From Gracilinanus agilis (Eukaryota), in NCBI RefSeq assembly GCF_016433145.1, contig NC_058132.1:166026044-166090043 (forward strand): a stretch of DNA of 64,000 nt, read 5' to 3'. The notes beneath the pieces were generated by a model, which worked only from the letters and a program-made list of their open reading frames with translations, was not told the origin of the DNA and searched no databases. Made by a program: the position numbers and the translations under genes. This document shows positions 36,616 through 48,696 of this stretch, piece by piece. Position 1 is the first letter of the stretch. Each line of letters begins with the position of its first letter.

Positions 36616-39164
36616 AAATTAAAGGAGGTCACAGGGCAGTCGATTTAACCCTATGCTTCTATATTTTTGGAGTAGTCTAAGTGAAAAGACCTTCTTAATC
36701 ATTGGTTGACAGAGATGACTGGGATACCTGTAGAAAGGTAGTTGGTTTAGAAGCCTGTGAGAAGTGTAATTTAGTTGTTATTGATTTAGAACATTGCCTG
36801 AAGAAAATTGTAGAATTCTTCTAGGGCATGGTTTGTTAAGCATAGAACTTTTGGTATATGACTCAGTTACATATGGCTCTGAAGGTAGCATCTAACATGA
36901 GAATTAAGACTGAATTATAAAAGGAAGATGAATGAGCTATTACCTCTTCTCTATCTAATTTTATGAATGAGAAAACAAGCCCAGAAAGATTGTGTGATTT
37001 GCCCACTTTTTGCACAATTGGTAAGTGGTTGGAACAAAATTTCAAACCCAATTTTCCTGACTCAGAGTCTACTGTTCTATTGACATTGTTTTACATATAA
37101 TGAGAATGAGACTCATAAAGGTTATGGATGATCCCATATGTTCACATATATCACTATGATCATGTACTAAGTTTTAGATTTAGAACACCAGTATAACAAA
37201 GAATTTTATCAAAGGTGGTCACTTGGGAAAAATTTTGAAGACACTAACCCATGCATTATCACAGAAGTGTAAAGTGGTATAGGTTAGTGTAAAGTACTAA
37301 GCTTCAATTCTACTACTACTTCCTACCTAAGCAACTTTGGATAGGTCACTTGCTCTCTTTAAATCACCTTCATTATCTGTCTAGGTTGCTTCCAGTTCTA
37401 AATGCCATGATCCCATAGAAATATCTTTAACATGGATACAGTGGTGCTGAAGGTGTTGCTTGAATAATAACTAGTGAGCTAAGCTATTTTGTTATGGATA
37501 CATAAAATTTTTTCCATTTTAAAATTAATAATGCATTTAATAAAACCCTGCTTCCATGAGAAATGAAAATTACTTCAAGCTGCAAATTGTTATTTTCTTT
37601 TTATTGCCAATGTTACTATCATAATCTATTACTAATAAGTTGTTGAAAGGGACATTGTAATTAATAAGTCAACTCAGAATTTTAACTTACACAATATTTA
37701 TTGCATGAAAGTACACAATGTCACTAAACTTTCTCCTGTCTATACTAATTATTCTAGGTGCCTTAAATCAATCTTTATGTGACATAATTTTGAGTCCCCT
37801 TACTATCCTTGATCATAACCCTCTAGGTATGCTACAATTTGTTGATAATGCTCTTAAAATTGTGTTTCTTTAAACTGATTTTTTGCCACCTTAAAGAACA
37901 TGGCTAGGAATATTTTCATACAAACTCTTTTTATTATTTTGGGGGTACAAACCTAGTAGTGGCATTGCTGGATGAAAGGGCATACATTCTTTTAAAGCCA
38001 TTTGGATATAATTCCAAATTGCCTTCCTAAATGGTTGGTTCAAATCACAACTCCACCAGCAGCGTATGAGTGTCCCAATTTTGTCACATCCCCTCCAAAA
38101 TTTATTATCTTCCTTTACTGTCATATTAGCCAATCTGCTTGTTGTGAGCTGGTACCTCAGAGTTGTGCTGATTTGCATTTATCTAATCAGAAGGAATTTA
38201 GAACTCTTTTTTCATGTAATTATTGATAGTTTTGATTTCTTCATCTGAAAACTGCCTACTCATATTCCTTGACCATTTTTCATTTGGGGAAATGGCTTGA
38301 TTTCTTCTACATTTGACTTAGTTTCTTACACATTTGAGAAGTTAGACCTTTGTCAGAGATTTTTGTTATAAAAATTTTTCCCAGTTTGCTGCTTCCCTTT
38401 AAATTTTGGTTACATTGGTTTTGTTTGTACAAATTTTTTTTATCTTAATATAATTGAAATCATTTATTTTATATCTTGTAATGTCCTTTATCTCTTGCTT
38501 GGTCTTAAATTCTTTTCTTACCCATAGATCTGACAGGTGCACTATTCTATGTTCACACAATTTACTTAAAATTTCCCTCTTTATATTTGTCATGTACACA
38601 TTTTTTATTTATCTTGATATAGGATATAGATGTTGATCTAAACCTAATTTTTCCCATACTGTTTTTCATTTTCCCCAGCAGTTTTTGGCAAATAATGGGT
38701 CCTTGTACTCAAAGCTATGATTTTTGGGTTTTTCATATACTATCTTGCTGAGGTTATTTACCCCAAGTCTATTCCATTGATCTGACCTTCTATCTCTTAG
38801 CCAGTACCATAATGTTCTAATGAGCACAGTTTAAAATCTGGTACTGCTAAACCTCCATCCTTCACATTTATTTTTATCACATAGTCTTGATCTTTTGTTC
38901 TTTCAAATGAACTTTGTTATAATTTTTCTAATTCTATGAAAAAGTTTTTTGGTAGTTTGATATGTATATCACTGAATAAGTAAATTAATTCAGGTAGGAT
39001 TATCATTTTTATTATATTAGCTCATCCTACCCATGAGCAATTAATGTTTTTCCATTTGTTTAAATCTAGTTTTATTAGTGTGAAAAGTGTTTTGTAGTTG
39101 TGCTCATATAATTCCTGAGTTTATCTTGGCAAACAGATTCCAAAATATTTCATATTGTCTAAAG

Positions 39165-39540
39165 CAGTGATGGGTGACCTTTGGCCCATGGGCCAGATGT
39201 GGCCCCCTGAAATGTTCTATACAGCACTGAGACATTGTTCCTAATATGACAAATACAATGAGTAGGATACAATACAATGAAACTTCTAAAAGAGCTATGC
39301 TGATTTGCATTTATCTAATCAGAAGGAATTTAGAACTCTTTTTTCATGTAATTATTGATAGTTTTGATTTCTTCATCTGAAAACAACCTACTCATATTCC
39401 TTGACCATTTGTCATTTGGGGAAATGGCTTGATTTCTTCTACATTTGACTTAGTTTCTTACACATTTGAGAAATTAGACCTTTGTCAGAGATTTTTGTTT
39501 CCTTTACTTTGGCCCCCTCTTTAAAAGGGGGCCATCACTG
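39165..39540. mobile_element. Non-autonomous hAT (Charlie-like) DNA transposon containing a captured 202 bp L1 copy
   Basis: Termini cagtgatgg / ccatcactg. 8 bp TSD gtctaaag (39157-39164) / gtctagag (39541-39548), fitting the Charlie NTCTAGAN target. Confidence 0.85.
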
Positions 39541-39552
39541 GTCTAGAGTGAT

Positions 39553-39622
39553 TTTATTTTATTTTATTTATTTTTATTTAAACCCTTACCTTATGTCTTG
39601 GAGTCAATACTGTACATTGGCT
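39553..39622 (-). mobile_element. SINE 3' tail remnant
   Basis: (TTTTA)n followed by aaacccttaccttatgtcttggagtcaatactgt, matching the tail of the SINE at 17917. The head is missing. Confidence 0.8.
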
Positions 39623-40061
39623 TTGAATTTTGTATTTGGACAAATTTTCTGTTTAATTCTGGTATTTACTTCAGGAATGCTTTGAAATCTTCTATTTTAT
39701 TAACTGTCCCTACTTTCCCCTAAAAGTATATGTTCAGTTTTGAAGGGTAGGTGATTCTTGTTTGTAGACCCAGTTCTCTTGCCTTCTAGAATATCATATT
39801 CCAAGCTTTGCAGTCCTTCAGGGAGGAGGCTGCCAGATCCTGTGTAATCCTGACTGGGGCTCCATGATATCTGAATTGTTTTTGTCTGACTACTTGCAGT
39901 ATTTTCTCCTTGGCCTAGAAGCTCTAGAACTTGTCTATAACATTCTTTGGAGTTGTCATTTGGGGATTTAATATAAGGAGTGTTCTATGGATTCTTTCAA
40001 TGTCTATTTTGCCCTCTTATTCAAGAAGTCTCCTGAAATCATCAGCTTCTATGTGCCCAGT

Positions 40062-40624
40062 TGTGGGAAGCCAATAAGAGAATAGATCAAAATCTGAGAC
40101 TCCTCTTTTGACCCCTTTTATGATCCACACCTTTTCTTATTGAAAAACATTATAGCCTTCTAGGAAAACTTTAAGTTTTTAGTAAACCAGCACTTAATGA
40201 GTTAACAGCCTTTTTTCACTCAGCAGAGTAAAGCTGCAGCTGTGGGTATATCTCTCTAACTGCTCCAGGCATCCCAAGGTCACAGAGTGGCAAGCTCAGG
40301 CAAAATAACTTTTAGATAAAGTGAGGCTCACTTTTAACTTTGAGACTGTTTCTCATCCGGCATTATCTTCATAAGAAAATTCTTTGTAAAACTATAACTT
40401 TATTGTGCTTTGATGTGACATAATTTGTGTTTCTGCACAAACGCAAAGTTTTGGGGGGATTCTTTTGTGTGAAATGAGTCTTAAAATATATATAATAAAC
40501 TCCATGCTCCTGGAGCCAGAGCTGGAAGCATGAGGTAAAAGACAACTCCCTTGTTCTGTCCTTATTTCCTTATCAACTAAACTGTCCTTATCAGATTATC
40601 AGAAATGATAAAGAGATCTCCACA
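40062..40624 (+). mobile_element. ERV LTR (solo-like)
   Basis: TG...CA ends (tgtgggaagcc...gagatctccaca), AATAAA near 40494, homologous at both ends to the LTR at 54206. No TSD or PBS seen. Confidence 0.7.
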
Positions 40625-42059
40625 CTCAATTCTAGTCTTTAAAGACTGATTTTCCTCTATGATCTTTTGATTCTCTTTTTTGATTTGGTCTATTCTGCTT
40701 TTCATGTCATTCTTCATCATTGGAGTTTTTTGCATCTTCTTCCAGCAGGTCAATTCTGGCTTTTAATGTGCTTATTACTTCGTTTTATTTCTTTGTCTCT
40801 CTTTCCATTTGTATAATTTTGTCTTTTAAGCTGTTATTTCCTTTTTACATTACTTTCATTTCTTTTTCCCATTTATCTTCTTTCTGTCCTACTTGGTTTT
40901 TTAACTCCTCTTTGAGTTCCTCCAGAGCTTGCAAACAGTTTCCTTTTTTTTTTTTTGGAGAGATTACAAGTGTTTGGTTGTTTCTCAACCTCTCCTGTTG
41001 CTTCTGTTGTTTTTTTACTCTTTCTTTCCATAGAAATTTTTCAGGACTGAGCTTTTTATTTATTTATTTTTTTGCTGCTGTTTACTCATTTTTCAGCTCA
41101 AGGACTAGGAATCCTGCATGTTGCTGGTTTCTATCTTATCTTCTGTCTTGCAGGGCTTTGCCTTGGGGACATCTTCCCTTCTCTGTTGGAGGCCTGAGAG
41201 AGCCCAGTATTATAGGACTCTGACCCTCACCTCCAGGACCTGGGATTTACATGGGCAGGTAGGTATGTAGTATAGCTTGCTTGGCAGTGTTTTACCCTGA
41301 GGCTGTCTTCCCTGCCTCTGCAGCTATCTTATAGCGCTGTTGCCACCTCCACTAAGGCCAAGTAAGTCTGGCACTATTAAGCTTTGAATCTCACTGCCAG
41401 TGCCTAAAGCCACCATAGGTAAGTCTATGGTACTTTTAATTTAGTGTAGCCAGCAGTCTAAACTGTCCAGGTCCTGACTCTGCCTCTGGTGTGGTAGATT
41501 GGGGGAGGAGGGGGGAGTGGTCAGCCTGTACTTTACTTTGTGCAGCTTTTCCCCCTTATAATGTGGAAATCCTCTCTCACTGCCTACCTTTCATGCTGTG
41601 TCCAGTGGAAGAGCCCCTTGGCTTGTCCTGCTTTGACTTCTGTTCTTTTGAGATGCTTTTTAATGACTGATTTGGAAGTAAATTCAGAGCAGTTTTATGA
41701 TTTTCCTGCTACTATGCCACCATCTTGACTTCACCCTGTCAAGTCTGATTTTGGAAGAGCAGAGCCAACAAAATCTTGGGTGGAGGCACTTTCCCAGCAC
41801 AAGGCAATGTAGGAGGTCAGATGGAGAAGTCTGTGGCCCTTTGTGGGTACTTAATGTGGGTCCTATTTGGCAGCAACATCAGCTGCTAGCCTTGAAAGCA
41901 GCAATAGCAACCAAAGCAGCAGCTTCTGGAGCTCTCAAAACAGAGGTGCTAGAACTGCATTCATTGCCTATACTCATTTCCTAGCTCCAAGTCAAAGAAG
42001 ATTTCTTCCTGCTCCATGGGAATAGGAACACTGAAGAATGGTATCTCTTAGTTCACAAG

Positions 42060-45000
42060 GAAACAAGAGTCCTGAGAAATAGTATCACTGACAGCCACAA
42101 GAGAACAGTGACCACATCCCTCCCCAGATCACACTACCTTGGAAGTATTGAAAATTTTCAAGTCCCTAGAGCTAGCTCTGAAAATTAGTACAGTCCTATT
42201 CTAAAAACAGCCTAATTTTAACACAACAATACAGGTAAAAATAGGCTGGAAAAATGAACAAAAACAAAAAAAAAACCAATCATAAATTATTATGGTGACA
42301 ATGAAGATCAAAGATATGCCATAGCCCCCAATCCCTCTCCCTCCCTAGTATTACTTCCCTCCCCACCAGTCCTTTTGTTACCCTTCTACTTTTCTATAGG
42401 GCAAGAATCAATTCTCTGTCCCAATGGATCTGATTGTTCTTTCCTCTTTAGGTTAATTCCAATGCATTTATGAATTAAGTATTTCCTTTCACCAACCTCT
42501 TTACTCTTCCATTGTATTGGTCTTCTCCCCTTTTTGCCCCATGCACTTCTTTATGAAATATAAATTTACTCTATTTTGTCTGTTTTCCCCTTTCTCTTAA
42601 TATTTATCTCCTTTTTTACCTCTAATTTTGTATATATGTATATATATATATACATATATATACATACATACATACATATATCTTGACATTTCATCCTATA
42701 CAGTTTGTCCCTGTTCCCTCTAATTATACTTCTTCTATCTACCCTGTTGGTAATAACAATTTTTAAGAGTTACCAATATCTTCTTTTCTTATAGGGATAT
42801 GTCAATTGAACTTATTGGGTCCCTTAAAGAAAAGGTTTTTTGTTTTTTGTTTTGTTTTGTTTTGTTTTTCACCCCACTCTCTTAATTACCTTATGGTGAT
42901 TCTCTTGAGTTCTGTGCTTGAGCAGCAAACTCTGTGCTTAAGTCCTGTTTTTTTCCTTATGAATGCTTGAAAGTCTTCAATTTTATTGGATGACCATACT
43001 TTCCCCTGCAAGAATATAGTCAATTTTGTTGGATAGTTAATTCTTGGTTGTAGACCTATCTCTCTTGCTTTCTGGAATATTGTATTCCATGCCTTCCTGT
43101 CCTTCGATGTAGATGCAGCCAGATCCTGTGTTATCCTAACTGTGGTTTCCTGGAATCTGGATGACTTCTTCTTAGCAGTTTGTAATATTTTTTCTTTGGT
43201 CTGGCAGTTTTTTAATTTGGCTATAATATTTCTGGAAGTTGTTAGTTGTGGATTAAATGTAGGTGGTGTTCTATGGATTCTTTCTATTTCCACTTTTCCC
43301 CCTTGTTTGAGAATGTCAGGACAGTTCTCTTGTACAATTTCCTGTAGGATAATGTCTAAACTTTTCCTTTTGTCGTGATGTTCTGGCAGACCAATAATTC
43401 TTAAGTTGTCTCTTCGAGATCTATTTTCTAGATCTGTGGTTGTGTCAATGGGGTGTTTCATACTTTCTTAAAATTTTTCATTTTTTAAATTTTGTTTTAT
43501 ATATTCTTGCTGCCTTGTAAAGTCATTTTTTCTAGTTGTTGAATTCTAATTTCTAAAGACTGAATTCCATCCTTGGCTTTTTGCTCATCCTTCTCCTTCT
43601 GATCTGCTTTTCTTTGTAGATCATCTTTTGCCTTCTTTGCTTCATTTTTCAGCTGGTCAGTTTGGGCTTTTAAGACATTATTTTCTTGTTCCAATTGTTT
43701 TCAGCCTCTGTTGATTGTTTCCTGAGTTCCTGAGTTATTTGGATTTTGAGTTCTTTGAGTTAATTGAATTTTAAGTTCTTCCAAAGCCTGTGTCCATTTC
43801 ACTGAATTTTCTATGTTTTTTCTTGGTGTTCCTTTATCTTCTTCTGATCCATTTGCTTTTTTTTTTCAATTTCTAGATAAAAGCTATTGATTGTAGTTTC
43901 TTTTTTCTTTTTTCTGTTGTTTACTCATGTTTTTTCCTTCTTTCTCCCCTGTAAATTGGCTGTAATCTTGATCCTTTGATCATATTTTTGGGTTTGGGCT
44001 ATTCAGCCCTGGGAGAGCTTCTTCTCTGTTTTGTTGATTAATTAGGTTAGTGGAACCTGAGGCCAGATTTTCTCCAGCTGTTGGTGAAAGCTAATAAGTG
44101 AATTCTGCTACTTTCCTTGTAGTCTGTGGGGGAGGGGTATTGGAGCTTCCTGTCCTCTGAAGACCTCTTGTCTATTGTATTGATAGGATTAAGCCTGGGT
44201 GTGGTTGATCTACTCCACTCTGAGTACCCTGAGGTCAAAGCCTCAAGAGAAATGGGGGAGGTAGCATGAGGTGGAGGGTATGTTCATCCTCTCTGGGTTT
44301 CTCCCCCAGCAGCTTCCATGCTGTCTGTGATCAAAGTGTCAAGTTTGGTACAGCTCTTTCAGTGAGGCACTCTCTTGGACTAGTGGCCCAGCCCACCCAG
44401 GGATTCCAGTATCCACTGGAGACTCAGCACATTAGGTGGAGGAGGGGATCTGGCATCTTCCTCCTTTCTTTCCCCTCCCACCCTAGAGTTCCAAGAATTA
44501 AGGATTTTTTTTCTCTCCTCCCCCCCATACCTTTTAAGTTGGGTTCAGCTGGAGGATCCCCCAGCTCTGTTCTGTTGTCATATTTGGTTTTCTGTTCCCT
44601 TGGAGCCCTTTGTCCTTAATTGGTGGTGAAGGGTTTTACAAAGATTTTGAGCCTTGCTGCTTGTACACCACCATCTTCCCAGAATTCCCCCTTCAGACAA
44701 TGAAGATCAAGACACAAACTTAAAGAAGACAATGTCCTGCCCACCAAATAAATCAGACTTTGCTCAGAGACTACTTTGCCCAGTCTTTTTTCTCTTAATA
44801 TAAACAGTTCTCAAAAGAAATGCAAAGTATTCACAACCATGTGAAAAAATGCTCCAAATGACTTCTCATAAATAAAATGCAAATTAAAATAACCTGAGGT
44901 TTTACTTCCCATAATCCAAACTGAAAAAATTTATAACAAATGGCAATAGTCCATATTGAAGAAGATATGGGAAGATAAGCACACTAATACAATGTTGGTG

Positions 45001-45900
45001 AAAGTGTTAAATAATACAACTTTTTTGGAAAGTAATTTGAAATTATGAAATAAAAGCAACTAAAATGTCCATATCTTCGGAACCAGAGATTTCATTGCAC
45101 ATCTCATACTTTAAGGAAGCCACCCATAAGAAAATATACTCATATTGTCCAGAATATTTATAGTACTTTTTTTTGAGATCTAAGAATTGGAAAGAAGATA
45201 GATGTCTATGAATTGGGGGGAGACTAAACAAATTCTGGTACAGAATGTAAAGGCATATTACTATGCTTTTGGAAATAATGTATGTGTGGGCAGCAAGGTG
45301 TCACAATGGATAGAGAGTCAGATCTGGAGATAGGAGATCCTGGCTTTTTAATCTGGCCTCAGACTTTCTAGCTGTATAATCCTGAACAATTCACTTAACC
45401 CAATTTGTTTATTTCTTATTACTCTTCTGCCTTGAAACTGATAATTAGTGACACTTCTAAGACAGGAGGTGAGGATTTCTTTTTTTAAGATGTGATATGT
45501 ATGATGAATACACATAAGAGAATCATGGAAAGATCTATATGAACTGATACAGAGTGATGTAAGCAGAGCCAAGAAAACAACATACACAATAAAATACAAT
45601 ATAAATGCAAAAGATAAATGACACTAAAAAATGAAAAGTGAAACAAAATTATTAAGATCAATAGGATTAAAATGAAGAAATATGAGAAGATATTCTAAGA
45701 TATCCTTTATGAGGTAGAAGGCTTAGATTTTTAAAAAAATGTATCCATCAAGTGTGCTGAGTTTTTATTCCTTTCTTTAAAAATAACAGTGAAATGGCAT
45801 TATAATCAGGGAGAGGGAGGAAGAGAGATACATGGGACACCAAAGTGATAAAATTATAACAGAAAATATAAATAAAAAATTTTTTAAAAGAAAAAAATTG
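42060..45900 (+). mobile_element. Old L1 pieces (5'UTR/ORF1 start and 3' end) hosting the minus-strand L1 insertion and an older SINE (~45289-45490)
   Basis: ORF1 start (aaaatgaac...ggtgacaatgaagatcaa|gacacaaac) is split by the insertion. ORF2 C-terminal and 3'UTR motifs at ~44790-45290 and ~45500-45900. Confidence 0.6.
42312..44695 (-). mobile_element. TSD-flanked L1 consisting only of 5'UTR, ORF1 and part of the inter-ORF spacer
   Basis: 15 bp TSD gacaatgaagatcaa at 42297-42311 and 44696-44710. ORF1p fragments 43497..43694 and 42886..43461 (ENRSRRDNLRIIGLPE, IERIHR). (TA)n/(CATA)n at ~42630-42680. No ORF2 and no poly(A). Confidence 0.85.
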
Positions 45901-46420
45901 GTAAATGCTTTTAGGAGTTGAAAGAAAGAAGCAAGTTAAGGATGAATCCAAAATCATGATACATGGATGACTAGAAAAATTTGGGTTTTGGAGAGAAAGA
46001 AAATGGATTATTATTATTTTGAGACATATAGAAGACTTTTTCACTTATAGATACCCTCAAGGCAGTTGGTGCTGTGAGAGTAGAGATCTTGAGAGACAGT
46101 ATCATGGATATATTTTGTAATTAAACATATAGAGATGATAATTGAACCCCTAGGAGTTAATGTGATTACTAAGATAAAAGACAAAAATCTATATTGAAAG
46201 AAAATTAGAGGTCCCAAACATAAGCCTTGTGAGACACCCATAGTTAGCGGATGGGACACAGATTTTGATCTAGCAAGGGACAGATTGAGGTGTGGCCAAA
46301 TTGATTAAAACAGGCAGAGAACCCAGAGAGGGGAAACTATTCAACTGGAAGAGGTAGCTATAAATGTCAAACATTTTAGATTTCAAGATTTACAAAAACT
46401 GAGAAAAGGCCATCCCAGAA
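45900..46420 (-). mobile_element. L2 fragment (ancient)
   Basis: Reverse-strand L2 body motifs (gttttgagacatat, agatgataattgaacccc, gagacacccatagttagc). Confidence 0.6.
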
Positions 46421-47680
46421 ATGAAGTTCTCCATTGCATCTTTAAGTAATATAGAAACATTGAGTTTTTTCCTATTTGGTTAAAACAGACATTCCATCCC
46501 TCACAATGCCAAGTAGATTATTTACAGGATTCATTTGAAAGATGAATGAAGACAAAGAAGAGTTGAGAATAGAAATGAAAAGTTGAAATACACCGTACAA
46601 CATTGTTTGGTTCCATAAAGAAAAATCTGTTATAAGAATTTCAGCTTCCTCTGTTTTCATATTTTGAAGTCTAGAATTATTTGACCTCATATAAAGAAGG
46701 AAGCAATGAAGTTATCCTGAGAAATTTTACATGCCAGGATGAATATGAAAAATTTTTCTCCTATGAATTCGCATTGTAGAATAAAATAGTCTTTCAAGAG
46801 TTATTCAACCCTGATACCTTTCTCCCCATTTCCTTTATCTTGATTATCAATAAATAATTCAACACATTTTTAAAGCATAGGAAGGGGAGATAGAAAGAGA
46901 TGTAAATAAGATAAAAGATTGGTATCTGACTTTAATGAGCTGTCAATTGCTTTGGGAGAAAAAAATGAACAACTATTAAGGAACAACACAAATATTGCAT
47001 AATATCTCATGAATGAGTGCTACATTAAAGGTAAAAATTGCATTTGGTAAAGATGAATATTTAGAGAACATTTTATTGACAGTAAAAACTAGGTGGATGT
47101 TGAAGTCTGAAAAAATTAAAGGTTCAGAAAGAAAATATTCCCAGTAAGAGGGAGATGGGCAAACAAATAATTAGGAATTAAAATTTCCCTCTTTTACCTA
47201 TTCCTAAATACAGTTTATTAGCTTAAGCCATTGGATCCCAAAGGTATCCAACTGAATCAGGAGGTTTTTCTACATTTTTTGATCCAAATGTAAAAATGCA
47301 TACACCTACTTACATATGTACATATTTTATCTCAAGATAGAAAGTAAAGTCTGAAATAAGGAGCTATTTTTTGTCTATGTATTCCTACTGCCTATGACAG
47401 TGCCTAATGCATAGTAAAAGCTTAATAATTGCTTGGTCATCAATTGCGTATACAAACATATGTGTGATTTCTATTATAATTTTGCTATTTTTCAGTCAAA
47501 ACCAATGGCAATATCAGTTTCTTCACTATGGTTGTGGGTTCATTTTGTGTGTATGTGTGTGTGTTTGCTTTACTTTTTATTTTAGTTAGGTAGTAAGACA
47601 AAGTAGAAATAAGCCTAAAGTATACTATGAAAGACTTTGATCACACCTCTAAATATTCTTAGACCCTAGAACCGTACACA

Positions 47681-48696
47681 TGTGGAATGGCTTAGCTAGG
47701 AAATATTTCAAATGATAAGACTGAATTCAGCCTCAAGGGGTTAAATTAGATGAGCTCCTGATTTTTCTTCTATAATTGTTTCCTTCCTTTTAAAATTCCA
47801 ATATAAAGAATCTATACCAATTTCACTGTAGGGAAAGTCATTAAAACTCCCAAACTCTAGCCTGTTTACTTATGTCCCTGTGTACAGGGACCAATAACTC
47901 ATTGACAAAACCAACACTGAAATTAATCTCACAAGGCAAACTCTTCTTGAACCTCTGGGGAAAAGGAGACCTTAGTGATTAATTTAAAAGTTTTACTTTC
48001 TCTAGAATCCTTAGAGGGACTTGATTGGAGCAATAGCTGGAGAAGTTCCTCTGAGGTCATGTTAGAAACACCGTAGGTTCTTTATTTATATAACTCTCTA
48101 AGGAAAGAATCTCCATTGCAGAAAATCAAGGTTATACATTGAGTGCAAACTGTACTCAGGTGGGTACAATATACATCATAACTGTCTCTAGTGTCTCCTC
48201 TCCTTGAACTAGAAAATGCACTTAAAGGCAGTCTCATTTAAAATAGTTTTAAATTGAGTGAATATTAATGAACCAATTACATTCACAGAAGCTATGTTTT
48301 ACATTTATAACAAAGGCCACCAATTTAAAGTCCAGAAAGTTTAAGCCTCTATCTATACTGTAGAATACTTGATTACAGACTCTAGATAGGAGAGGAGCTT
48401 TTTCTATCATCTCTCACATTCCCTGTTTCACACTGTTGAGTGACTCTGAGGCTTAATGGGAAAAGAATTGGTCCTTAAAAGTATCCTCAAAGATATCCCA
48501 GCTAAGTGTGGTTGGAAGATTTCCTGTTCTTGTTGGAAGCTTAGTTGTATGCACTAAGATATCCAACTTTGGGGAAAAAAGGTGTGGAGAGTATGTTTGT
48601 AAAGAATAAAGTGTATATCATCCTGAGACATGCTCCTTTTCCAGTCTTTCCTATTCCCAGGGTCCTTCGGGTTATTCGACTTCTGAATGCATTTTT
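47681..48696. mobile_element. Possible ERV LTR-like sequence into which the young L1 inserted (may continue past 50900)
   Basis: TG start, AATAAA at 48605-48610, composition unlike the LINE/SINE neighbours. No TSD found. Confidence 0.3.

Larger units (their letters stand above)
37876..41735 (-). mobile_element. Composite minus-strand L1: ORF2 part 37876-39156, ORF1 part ~39625-40028 and 40625-~41100, 5'UTR to ~41735; large internal deletion plus nested insertions
   Basis: ORF 37891..38178 encodes ORF2 C-terminal motifs. ORF1 motifs at 39700-40020. 5' end gccaccatcttgacttcaccct at ~41716-41737. It may be two separate L1s. Confidence 0.75.

Noticed and set aside
41656-41666. CTTTTTAATGA, resembling the core of the mouse H/P OR enhancer homeodomain site
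   Set aside because: It lies inside an L1 5'UTR, has no clear adjacent O/E site, and is far from any OR. Likely chance in AT-rich DNA.
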